Shown here: positions 55,366-62,874 of the stretch, piece by piece
Position numbering within the stretch: position 1 is the first letter of the stretch
Layout of the letters: the number at the start of each line of letters is the position of its first letter
NCBI GenBank assembly: GCA_045602215.1
Contig: JAZSBE010000060.1
Span: forward strand, 536 to 64,535
Origin: Eubacteriales bacterium
GTDB lineage: Bacteria; Bacillota; Clostridia; Oscillospirales; CAG-272
DNA: 64,000 nucleotides
Direction: 5' to 3'
Translations under genes and position numbers: made by a program
Notes under the pieces: model-generated
The model's input: only the letters and a program-made list of their open reading frames with translations
The model's database searches: none
Told to the model about the DNA's origin: nothing

Positions 55366-57120
55366 ATGGATATGATTCAGGTTACAATTAACGGCGTGGT
55401 GTATTCCGTTCCTGCAGGCTCTACCGTTCTGGAAGCGGCAAGAGTAGCAAACATTGATATTCCTACGCTGTGTTATTTGAAGGATATTAACGAGATCGGC
55501 GCGTGCCGTCTGTGTCTTGTAGAGGTTTCCGAAAAGCGCGGTGCTACTATGGGCCCGTTCCGTATGGTTACGGCTTGCGTGTATCCCTGTACCGACGGTA
55601 TGGAGATCAAGACCAACACCCCCAAGATCACGGCTTCGCGCAAGATGAACTTGGAGCTGTTGCTCTCCAATCACGATCAGAAGTGCCTCTCCTGCGTGCG
55701 CTCCACCAACTGTGAGCTGCAGACTCTGTGCCGTGAGTACGGCGTAGATCAGTCTCGCTTCAAGGGTGTTGTGAATCAGTACGAGATCGACGATAAGACG
55801 CCTATCATCCGCGACAACAACAAGTGCGTGCTTTGCCGCAGATGTGTTGCAACGTGCGCAAAGATCCAGGAGATCGGTGTCATTGGCGCGAACAACCGTG
55901 GATTTGATACTTACGTAGGCTCTGCGTTTGAGCAGGCGCTTGAAAGCACCTCCTGCATCAACTGCGGTCAGTGTATCGTGGCTTGCCCCGTAGGTGCGCT
56001 CTATGAAAGAGATGACACCGATAAGGTGTTTGAAGCATTGGCAGATCCTAAGAAGCACGTGATGATTTGCACCGCTCCTTCGGTTCGCGCACAGCTTGGC
56101 GAGTGCTTCGGCTACGAGCCCGGTACCGACGTGGAGGGCAAGATGGTTGCCGCTCTGAAGGCGCTTGGCTTTGACGGTGTATACGATATGAACCTCACCG
56201 CTGACCTGACCATCGTTGAGGAGGCAAACGAGCTGATCGGAAGAATCCAGAACAACGGAACGCTTCCCATGATCACCTCTTGCTCGCCCGGATGGATCAA
56301 GTATTGCGAGCATTACTTCCCGGATTTTGTGGACAATCTTTCCACCTGCAAGTCTCCTCAGCAGATGTTCGGTGCGGTCGTGAAGACCTATTACGCGCAG
56401 AAGATGGGCTGGGATCCCGCAGATATCGTGATGGTTTCCGCAATTCCTTGTACCGCAAAGAAGTTTGAGGTTGGACGTCCCGATCAGTCTGCTGCAGGCG
56501 TTCCCGACGTGGATTATGCAATCACCACCCGTGAGGTTGGCAGAATGATTCAAAAGGCGGGCATCAACTTCCGCGCGCTTGCAGACGCGGCGTTTGACGA
56601 TCCCTTTGCGATCGGTTCGAGCGCAGGCGCGATCTTCGGCGCAACCGGAGGCGTTATGGAGGCGGCTCTCCGCTATGCGGCTGAGGTTATTCTCGGCAAG
56701 AAGCTGGAGAAGATCGACTTTGCAGAGGTTCGCGGTGTTGAGGGAATCAAGACTGCTTCCTACAAGCTTGGTGATCTGACCGTTAACGTTGCGGTTGCCT
56801 CCAGTACAGGTATGGCAAAGAAGCTCCTTGAGAAGGTGAAGAAGGGCGAGCTTGACGTTCAGTTCATTGAGATCATGGGGTGTCCCGGCGGATGCGTCAA
56901 CGGTGGCGGTCAGCCGATCCAGCCTGCAAAGGTTCGCATGAATATGGATCTTCGTGCGGTTCGCGCGGCGGTTCTTTACAACGACGATGCGACCTCCGAG
57001 TTGCGTAAGTCGCAGGATAACCTCGCGGTTCAGAAGCTCTATGACGAGTTCTTTGAGAAGCCCAACAGTCATAAGGCTCACGAGATTCTCCATACCTCCT
57101 ACATCAAGAGAGGACTTTAA
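55366..57120 (+). CDS. hydA: [FeFe]-hydrogenase catalytic subunit HydA (M3, CpI-like architecture)
   Basis: - N-terminal [2Fe-2S], His-ligated cluster (HDQKCLSCVRSTNCELQ) and 2x[4Fe-4S].
- H-cluster motifs: L1 TSCSPGW (non-canonical), L2 IPCTAKKFE, L3 EIMGCPGGCVNGGGQP.
- An in-frame GTG at 55360 is an alternative start. Confidence 0.92.
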   Translation: MDMIQVTINGVVYSVPAGSTVLEAARVANIDIPTLCYLKDINEIGACRLCLVEVSEKRGATMGPFRMVTACVYPCTDGMEIKTNTPKITASRKMNLELLLSNHDQKCLSCVRSTNCELQTLCREYGVDQSRFKGVVNQYEIDDKTPIIRDNNKCVLCRRCVATCAKIQEIGVIGANNRGFDTYVGSAFEQALESTSCINCGQCIVACPVGALYERDDTDKVFEALADPKKHVMICTAPSVRAQLGECFGYEPGTDVEGKMVAALKALGFDGVYDMNLTADLTIVEEANELIGRIQNNGTLPMITSCSPGWIKYCEHYFPDFVDNLSTCKSPQQMFGAVVKTYYAQKMGWDPADIVMVSAIPCTAKKFEVGRPDQSAAGVPDVDYAITTREVGRMIQKAGINFRALADAAFDDPFAIGSSAGAIFGATGGVMEAALRYAAEVILGKKLEKIDFAEVRGVEGIKTASYKLGDLTVNVAVASSTGMAKKLLEKVKKGELDVQFIEIMGCPGGCVNGGGQPIQPAKVRMNMDLRAVRAAVLYNDDATSELRKSQDNLAVQKLYDEFFEKPNSHKAHEILHTSYIKRGL

Positions 57121-57129
57121 TACCAAAAT

Positions 57130-57165
57130 GGGTGCCGCAACTTCTTGCGGCACCCGCTTTGGTTT
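57130..57165 (+). terminator. Rho-independent terminator of the hyd operon
   Basis: gggtgccgcaa (57130-40) paired with ttgcggcaccc (57145-55), followed by gctttggtttg. Confidence 0.65.
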
Positions 57166-57204
57166 GTGCAAATTGCCAAAAATAAAAAAAGTAGCAGAAA
57201 AGCA

Positions 57205-57233
57205 TTGAAAGATTTTGCATTTTGTGATATGAT
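57205..57233 (+). promoter_or_regulatory. Candidate sigma-A promoter
   Basis: TTGAAA (57205-10), 17-nt spacer, TATGAT (57228-33). Confidence 0.45.
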
Positions 57234-57301
57234 ATATTAGAAGAAATATATCACGTATGCAGATATCTGGAATGTGAGAGTAAAGGTATTGGAGGACATA
57301 G

Positions 57302-57946
57302 ATGATGTCAGAAATTTCTGTTCAATTTAAGAACCAGCTCAACGGCTACAATAAGAGCGAGGTTGACCTGCTTTTGAAGAAGATCGAGGGCGAGCTTCAG
57401 CAGAGAGCTGCTACCATTGACGCAATGCAGCAGCAGATTGCAGGACTTGAGGGCAAGCTCGAGGAGGCTCTTACCCCTCAGACCGTCGAGGCTGCGGAGA
57501 AAATTGAACTTTATGACAAGCTGATGAAGAAGATGGACGGCGACTTCAGAAATCTTCTTGCACCCGCGCAGGCAAAGGCAAAATCCATTGAGGAGAAGGC
57601 ACTGTCTGATTACGAGGTTCGCATGAGCCAGGCAAGAGAGGCTGCTGACGGCATTTACGAGATGGCGGTTGACCGCATTGCCGACGTTGTGGACGCAAAC
57701 ATGGACCGTCTGTACGGACTTTTGGACGATTATATCTACTCCAAGTCTCTCGCAGGTCGTTTTGAGGCGTTCTGCGAGTCCTGCAATATTGCATCCATGA
57801 AGGTTGCATCCGGCATCGTTGCAGCTGCAAAGATTCCCGGAAGAGCGGCGCGCGTTGTCAGCAAGAAGGTTCAGAACGCGATCGAGCAGCTTGAGGAAGC
57901 GGAAAATACATACGGTTGTTGCGAAGATGGAGAGTGCGATCTCTGA
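57302..57946 (+). CDS. DivIVA-domain coiled-coil protein
   Basis: The N-terminus F...L.GYNKSEVD.LL..IE.EL is the DivIVA-domain signature. The remainder is coiled coil. Cys-rich C-terminal end (CCEDGECDL). Confidence 0.7.
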   Translation: MMSEISVQFKNQLNGYNKSEVDLLLKKIEGELQQRAATIDAMQQQIAGLEGKLEEALTPQTVEAAEKIELYDKLMKKMDGDFRNLLAPAQAKAKSIEEKALSDYEVRMSQAREAADGIYEMAVDRIADVVDANMDRLYGLLDDYIYSKSLAGRFEAFCESCNIASMKVASGIVAAAKIPGRAARVVSKKVQNAIEQLEEAENTYGCCEDGECDL

Positions 57947-57987
57947 TTTTCGTTTGTGAATAACACCTTGGAAAGTGATGGTACGCT

Positions 57988-58872
57988 ATGAATATCGGTG
58001 AAAAAATTCGTTCTTTGCGAGTTGCAAAGCTCATGACGCAGTCAGAGCTTGCCGGTAATCAGATCACCCGAAATATGCTTAGTTGCATTGAAAACGGGAG
58101 CGCGCAACCATCACTTTCTACCATTTTATACATCGCAAAGGCGTTGAACGTGCCGGTCGGTTTTCTCCTGGCAGAGGAAGGCGATGAGCTTGTTTATCAG
58201 AAAATGAGCGGACTTCCGAACATCAAAAGGGCATATCGCGCAGGAGATTGGACGGGATGTCGTAGCCTTTGCCTTTCGTCCTGCCCGGATCCTGACGATG
58301 AGATTCGGCTGATTCTTGCCAACTGTGATCTTGAAATTGCAAAATCCCTTTTTTGGGAAGGGAAGATCCGTCAAGCCTGCCGCTTTTTTGATGAGGCAAT
58401 GCTCTATGCGGCGGATACCATCTATCCTGCAGAGCATATTCATGCCGAGGCAGAGGTCTACTTCCGCTATATGGAGCGGATCTCGCCTATGCTGTATTCC
58501 GACGTGCTGGACGATGGGGCGAAAAGGTCTGTTGTTTGTGTCAACGCCTTTTTTCAGTATATGATTGCATTGGAGGCGCTGGAAAACGGAGATGAGATTC
58601 CCGCAAAGCATTTTTCCGAGGTTTATTCGGAGGAATCCTTCTTTTGCTCGCATCTACACGTAAAATGCTTGATGAATCAAAGCAAATTCGGAGAGGCAAA
58701 AGATGCTCTCATGACCCTTTTAGAGGAAGAGATCTTGCTCAACGAGATCAGTCTTTTGGCGATCTTGAGCGATCTAGAGATCTGTTGCAGAGAGATCGAG
58801 GATTTCAAGGGCGCATACCGTTATTCCAACGAGCGTGTACAGCTTTTGGAAAAGCTGTTGAGAGAAAATTAA
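57988..58872 (+). CDS. XRE-family HTH regulator with a ~230-aa helical-repeat (TPR-like) C-terminal domain
   Basis: HTH IGEKIRSLRVAKLMTQSELAG..ITRNMLSCIENG...PSL.T..YIAKALNVPVGFLL. The remainder is predicted all-helical repeats. Confidence 0.8.
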   Translation: MNIGEKIRSLRVAKLMTQSELAGNQITRNMLSCIENGSAQPSLSTILYIAKALNVPVGFLLAEEGDELVYQKMSGLPNIKRAYRAGDWTGCRSLCLSSCPDPDDEIRLILANCDLEIAKSLFWEGKIRQACRFFDEAMLYAADTIYPAEHIHAEAEVYFRYMERISPMLYSDVLDDGAKRSVVCVNAFFQYMIALEALENGDEIPAKHFSEVYSEESFFCSHLHVKCLMNQSKFGEAKDALMTLLEEEILLNEISLLAILSDLEICCREIEDFKGAYRYSNERVQLLEKLLREN

Positions 58873-58902
58873 AAAAGAAGATGCGTTTGCATCTTCTTTT
58901 TT
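58871..58902. terminator. Bidirectional terminator
   Basis: aaaaaagaagatgc / gcatcttctttttt hairpin between convergent genes. Confidence 0.6.
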
Positions 58903-58904
58903 CG

Positions 58905-59099
58905 TTATATTTGCTTTTGTACGCTCTTATATTCGTCATAAAAACGATAGTATGGGCAAGTTCTCGTGCTGCCGGATAAAAAGCGAACCATTTCGTCTTC
59001 GTCCAGATTCACACTGCACTCGTAGTCCTCGTACTCTTCGTTATAATCATAGAATACGCAGGTCTCACACGTTCCTGCTTGCTTTTTTTCGATTGTCAT
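58905..59099 (-). CDS. Small acidic 4-Cys protein, conserved hypothetical
   Basis: 64 aa. CETC...x13...C...x19...C, rich in D, E and Y. Strong RBS AAGGAGG 5 nt upstream of the ATG. Confidence 0.6.
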   Translation of the reverse strand: MTIEKKQAGTCETCVFYDYNEEYEDYECSVNLDEDEMVRFLSGSTRTCPYYRFYDEYKSVQKQI

Positions 59100-59203
59100 C
59101 GCGCACCTCCTTGAGGGGATATCTCATTATACACGATTCTGACCCAAAAGTAAAGAAGATGTCGAAATTTTTGACAACTTTTTTGTTTTTTCTGAAAAAA
59201 CTC

Positions 59204-59232
59204 TTGCAATTTCAAAAAATGTATGCTATAAT
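59204..59232 (+). promoter_or_regulatory. Candidate sigma-A promoter of tRNA-Val
   Basis: TTGCAA (59204-09), 17-nt spacer, TATAAT (59227-32), 13 nt before the tRNA 5' end. Confidence 0.55.
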
Positions 59233-59245
59233 ATCCCCGTTGCAT

Positions 59246-59302
<57 letters not shown>

Positions 59303-59322
<20 letters not shown>

Positions 59323-59404
59323 AAAAAAGAATCCCAACACGCTGTGTTGGGATTCTTTTTTTGCTGAAAATCATCGAAACGATGGTCTCCGCAAATCTCG
59401 CAAA
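59303..59404 (+). repeat. Direct repeat copy 1 (tRNA-Val T-loop-to-CCA + terminator + 42 nt)
   Basis: 102 nt. It recurs at 59479-59581. It includes the tRNA terminator hairpin gaatcccaacac-gct-gtgttgggattc. Confidence 0.9.
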
Positions 59405-59478
59405 GCGAGATTATGCCAAGGCGCGCGATGAGATGAAACGTAGGTTAAGCACAGAATCAAAACGCGCGCATAAGTTCA
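59405..59478 (+). repeat. 74-nt junction segment, homologous to ssrA-downstream units U1/U2
   Basis: It completes hairpin H1 (aatctcgc-aaa-gcgagatt, 59394-59412). S2 is gcgcgcg 59421-27 paired with cgcgcgc 59463-69, with a 35-nt loop. Then 5 nt, then ttca. Confidence 0.65.
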
Positions 59479-59581
59479 GAGTCTCCCTGTTTCCACCAAA
59501 AAAAGAATCCCAACACAGCGTGTTGGGATTCTTTTTTTTGCTGAAAATCATCGAAACGATGGTCTCCGCAAATCTCGCAAA
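59479..59581 (+). repeat. Direct repeat copy 2 (pseudo 3' end of tRNA-Val + terminator copy + 42 nt)
   Basis: 103 nt, identical to copy 1 except that the hairpin loop is agc instead of gct and there is one extra T in the T-run. Confidence 0.9.
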
Positions 59582-59595
59582 ACCGTAGTAATGTG

Positions 59596-59624
59596 TTGAT
59601 TTTTTCCTTTGTGTGTGATATAAT
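59596..59624 (+). promoter_or_regulatory. Candidate sigma-A promoter of the nitroreductase gene
   Basis: TTGATT (59596-601), 17-nt spacer, TATAAT (59619-24). Confidence 0.5.
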
Positions 59625-59665
59625 AACCATATAAATGACAAAAAGCCGCAAAAAGGAGAGTAAAA

Positions 59666-60187
59666 ATGGATTTTGAAAAACTGATTGCAGAGCGATATTC
59701 TGTGCGTAGCTTCAAACCCGAGCATTTGCCGCAGGATGTGATAGATAAGATACTGAATGCAGCTCACAAAGCACCTACGGGATGTAATAAGCAGCCGCAA
59801 AGGATTCTCGTTTTGAACACGGATGAATCAGTTGAAAAACTCAAAGCCTGCACCAGAAGCCATTTTTGTGCGCCGACGGCTATGCTGGTTTGTCATAACA
59901 GGGAGGAAAGCTGGGTAAGACGATACGACGGCGCGCTTTCTTCTCCTGTGGACGCGGTCATCGTCACAACGTATTTGATGCTTGCTGCCGAAAACGAGGG
60001 TGTCGGTTCTTGCTGGGTGATGAGCTTTGATCCCGTTGCCATGCGCGAGGCGTATCATATCCCTGATCATATGGAACCGGTCGCCTTGCTTGTGATGGGA
60101 TATCCTTCGGATGATGCCAAGCCCCTTGATATGCATTTTCAGTCGCGCCCAATTGAGGAGACTGTCTTTTATGAGGACTTCCAATAA
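59666..60187 (+). CDS. Nitroreductase-family protein
   Basis: 173 aa. RYSVRSFKPE.L......IL.AAH.APTG.N.QP is typical of the nitroreductase fold. Confidence 0.88.
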   Translation: MDFEKLIAERYSVRSFKPEHLPQDVIDKILNAAHKAPTGCNKQPQRILVLNTDESVEKLKACTRSHFCAPTAMLVCHNREESWVRRYDGALSSPVDAVIVTTYLMLAAENEGVGSCWVMSFDPVAMREAYHIPDHMEPVALLVMGYPSDDAKPLDMHFQSRPIEETVFYEDFQ

Positions 60188-60197
60188 ATTCAATTCG

Positions 60198-60237
60198 AAA
60201 AAAGGCTCGGTCTGCTGTGTCAGACCGAGCCTTTTTT
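60198..60237. terminator. Bidirectional terminator
   Basis: aaaaaaggctcggtctg / cagaccgagcctttttt hairpin between convergent genes. Confidence 0.7.
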
Positions 60238-60245
60238 CGATATCT

Positions 60246-61340
60246 TTAAGCATTTTTCGTAATGGTTCCGTTGGTACAAACAACCGAGTAGTTGCCCGTC
60301 TGGTTGTCCCAAAGATTGATCTTGTGTACGGCAACCCATTCCGCGGTCGTACCGCCAAACTGAATGGTGGTCAGCGCGGTGCATCGGTCAAAGGCTCTCT
60401 CGGAGAGGAGCTTTACCGTAGAGGGCAGGGTGATGGTGGTGAGCTTGCTGCAATCTGCGAAAACAGCCTGCAAAACGTAGCGAGTATCCGCGCGGAGCGT
60501 ATATTCGGTTACGGTCTTGTCGGGAATGTCGCACAGAATCAGATAAGGATTTTCATCGTTTCCAAGATAGTGCGCGCCGTCCACCTCGGTTTTTGTAAGC
60601 GCGGAGCATCCAAAGAATACGTCCTCTCCGATCTCGGTGAGTTGATCAAAGAGCTGAACTTTTTTCAGCTTGCTGCAGTAGCGGAAGGCTCTTTCGCCGA
60701 GAGAGGTGAGCTCACGCGGAAGGGTAATCTCCTCAAGCGCGTAGCAGCATGCAAATGCGGCGTGTCCGATCACGCGGACTGCCGAGCCGAACTGAATCGT
60801 TGTCAGTTTATCACAACTGTAGAACGCGCTCTCCGAGACGGTATGCACACCGTTGCCGATCGTCACGCTTGCGAGAGTATCACAGTCACTGAACGCGCGC
60901 TCCCCCAGGGAAATGACGGAGTTCGGAATGATGACCTCGGTGATCCTGTCGCAATCGTCAAAGGCAAGATTTCCGATAACGGTTATGCCCTCGGGAATCG
61001 AAAGGGAAGTGATTTCCTTGCACCCCTTAAACGCACTGTCTGCAATCACGCGAACGGGCAGATCCTTGAAGGTTGTGGGGATGGTCAGCTCTTTCTGTTG
61101 ATTTTTCGTAAACCCAACGACCGCATAGTATTTGTCTCCGCTCTTTTCGGTGTAAAGGCGGAGGTTCAAGGTGCGATCAAACGTCTCGATCTCACCGACC
61201 TTGATGTCAGAGCCGGTGGAAGTGCCGTCAGCTCCAACGACGGGGGTGGATTGATCGTCTGTTTCGTTTTTGCAGGAAACCATCGTCATGGAGAGAATGG
61301 TTGTCAGGATGAGTAATATGGTAAGAATCTTGCGTTTCAT
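60246..61340 (-). CDS. BspA-type leucine-rich-repeat lipoprotein
   Basis: Lipoprotein signal (MKRKILTILLILTTILSMTMVSC), then about 9 LRR_5-type repeats (IP..V..IG..AF..C..L..I.). Confidence 0.8.
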   Translation of the reverse strand: MKRKILTILLILTTILSMTMVSCKNETDDQSTPVVGADGTSTGSDIKVGEIETFDRTLNLRLYTEKSGDKYYAVVGFTKNQQKELTIPTTFKDLPVRVIADSAFKGCKEITSLSIPEGITVIGNLAFDDCDRITEVIIPNSVISLGERAFSDCDTLASVTIGNGVHTVSESAFYSCDKLTTIQFGSAVRVIGHAAFACCYALEEITLPRELTSLGERAFRYCSKLKKVQLFDQLTEIGEDVFFGCSALTKTEVDGAHYLGNDENPYLILCDIPDKTVTEYTLRADTRYVLQAVFADCSKLTTITLPSTVKLLSERAFDRCTALTTIQFGGTTAEWVAVHKINLWDNQTGNYSVVCTNGTITKNA

Positions 61341-61380
61341 AGTTCCTCCGAGTGATAAAGATAGGGAAAGGCTTGTCCTG

Positions 61381-62157
61381 TCACGGACGAAGCGATTCCG
61401 GGGATACGTTGTACGCGCGCTCGAATTGCTTGACGAAGTAAGCGTGATCGCGGAATCCGCATGCCGCCTCGATTTCCGAGATCGGCAGATCGGTTTCCGT
61501 CAGCAACGCTTTTGCGCGCTCCAGCTTTTTGTGATTGACGTATTGAATGGGCGTGCAACCGTATTGCTTCTGGAAAAGCGCTCGGAAATAGGTTTCGCTG
61601 ATGCCCGAAAGTGCGGCAATTTGCCCGATGTTGAGCTTTTTGTCCGAAAAATGGCGTTCCAAGTAGGCCACGGACGGACGAATTTTCTCCTCTTGCAGAG
61701 CCTGTCGGTTTCCGTCTGCCGTGTTTCTGCTCAATTCATGGAGAATACCGTAAAAATCGGTCAGCATCGAGCATTCCGACGAAATGGAGCGAGGCTTTGC
61801 ACATTCCAATGCAAAATGCAGAAAACGGTTCTTCAGACGCGAGGGAGCAGAGCTTGTCACGAGAGAAAGGTTGAGCGTGGAATTTTCCGTTTCGCATTGC
61901 TCAAATTCCATAATGATGACAGACCCACCTGTTTCGGTCTCCGACGAAAGAGAACACCCGCGCGGAAGAAACAATACGCTCCCATGGGTTGCGCGAAGAA
62001 GGATTTCCTCGGTTGCGTATGTGACCTCTGCATTCTCGTGATAAATGATGACGTCGTTTTCCGCGTAAAATCGTTTCTTGCCGCCAGACCACTGTTTTGC
62101 GCCGCATTGATTCGTGAAGCGCATCACGCGAGGGCATTTTGAAAAAGGGAATGACAT
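61381..62157 (-). CDS. AraC-family transcriptional regulator (cupin + HTH)
   Basis: C-terminal AraC HTH (IGQIAALSGISETYFRALFQKQYGCTPIQY....KL..AK.LL..T.L.ISEIA..CGF.D..YF.K.F). Confidence 0.88.
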   Translation of the reverse strand: MSFPFSKCPRVMRFTNQCGAKQWSGGKKRFYAENDVIIYHENAEVTYATEEILLRATHGSVLFLPRGCSLSSETETGGSVIIMEFEQCETENSTLNLSLVTSSAPSRLKNRFLHFALECAKPRSISSECSMLTDFYGILHELSRNTADGNRQALQEEKIRPSVAYLERHFSDKKLNIGQIAALSGISETYFRALFQKQYGCTPIQYVNHKKLERAKALLTETDLPISEIEAACGFRDHAYFVKQFERAYNVSPESLRP

Positions 62158-62159
62158 CG

Positions 62160-62714
62160 TTATCTCTCCGTCTCAACGGTCAGCGTGTGATACGTGCCGC
62201 CGTCGAGATCTTTCCAGGAGAAGGTCTGATCCTCCAGGATCATGTAGCTATGGCAGGATTGCTCCTTTGGAATGGAAAGAGAGCCGGGGTTGAGATAATA
62301 AAAATCATCATGACGCTTCCACGCGGGAATGTGCGTGTGGCCGCACAGAAGAAGGTCTCCTTTTTTGAAGGGAGGGGGATTCTCTTCGGAGTGGTGATGC
62401 CCGTGGGTTGCAAAGATGCGAAGCCCGTTCACGCACAGCCATGCGTAATCGGCAAGAACAGGGAACCCAAGAACCATTTGATCGACCTCTGCCTCACAGT
62501 TTCCTCTCACGCAAAGCAGATCGCAGGAAAGGGCGTTCAGCATCTCGATGACTTTCTTGGGCGCATAATCGCGCGGAAGATCGTTTCGAGGCCCGTGGTA
62601 AAGAAGATCGCCAAGAAGGAGCACCTGATCGGGGGCTTCCTTTTTGATGGCGTCGATCAATTTCTCGCAGTAATACGCAGAGCCGTGGAGGTCTGATGCG
62701 ATAAAAAGCTTCAT
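62160..62714 (-). CDS. YfcE/MJ0936-family metallophosphoesterase
   Basis: MKLFIASDLHGS, LLGDLLYHGPRN, VRGNCE, THGH and GHTH motifs. The ATG at 62714 follows GAAAGGA; the ORF track starts 15 nt upstream. Confidence 0.85.
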   Translation of the reverse strand: MKLFIASDLHGSAYYCEKLIDAIKKEAPDQVLLLGDLLYHGPRNDLPRDYAPKKVIEMLNALSCDLLCVRGNCEAEVDQMVLGFPVLADYAWLCVNGLRIFATHGHHHSEENPPPFKKGDLLLCGHTHIPAWKRHDDFYYLNPGSLSIPKEQSCHSYMILEDQTFSWKDLDGGTYHTLTVETER

Positions 62715-62814
62715 AAAGAATCCTTTCAAAATAAACTTTCTTCTATTATATCTTCAAAAGTGATTTTTGTCAAGAAAAAACGCGTTTGAGAGCGTTTTTT
62801 TTCTTTGATATCTA

Positions 62815-62843
62815 TTGACAAAACGGCGGTATATGTGTATAAT
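62815..62843 (+). promoter_or_regulatory. Candidate sigma-A promoter
   Basis: TTGACA (62815-20), 17-nt spacer, TATAAT (62838-43), 32 nt before the ATG at 62875. Confidence 0.55.
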
Positions 62844-62874
62844 TGTATACAGATGTACAAAGGAGGTCTGAACA

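Noticed and set aside
53392-57171. A 1259-aa ORF on the minus strand spanning hydB, hydA and their intergenic gap. Similar giants are 48693-51443 (916 aa, opposite tex), 1550-3292 (580 aa, opposite hemZ-like), 42327-43949 (540 aa, opposite dapB/dapF), 40022-41263, 15001-region partners and 62902-63951.
   Set aside because: These are codon-aligned antisense shadow ORFs. Their triplets occupy the same positions as the sense codons (for example 53422, 55360 and 57169 are all congruent to 1 mod 3). They stay open simply because the sense genes avoid TTA, CTA and TCA codons. The sense products carry unmistakable family motifs, while the antisense translations are low-complexity (L/R/G/H-rich) with no motifs and no RBS.
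59361-59588. A 75-aa ORF (MLKIIETMVSANLAK...LKIIETMVSANLAKP) with an internal peptide repeat.
   Set aside because: It is an artefact of translating across the 176-bp DNA duplication downstream of tRNA-Val. It runs through a terminator hairpin and the pseudo-tRNA end, and it has no RBS.
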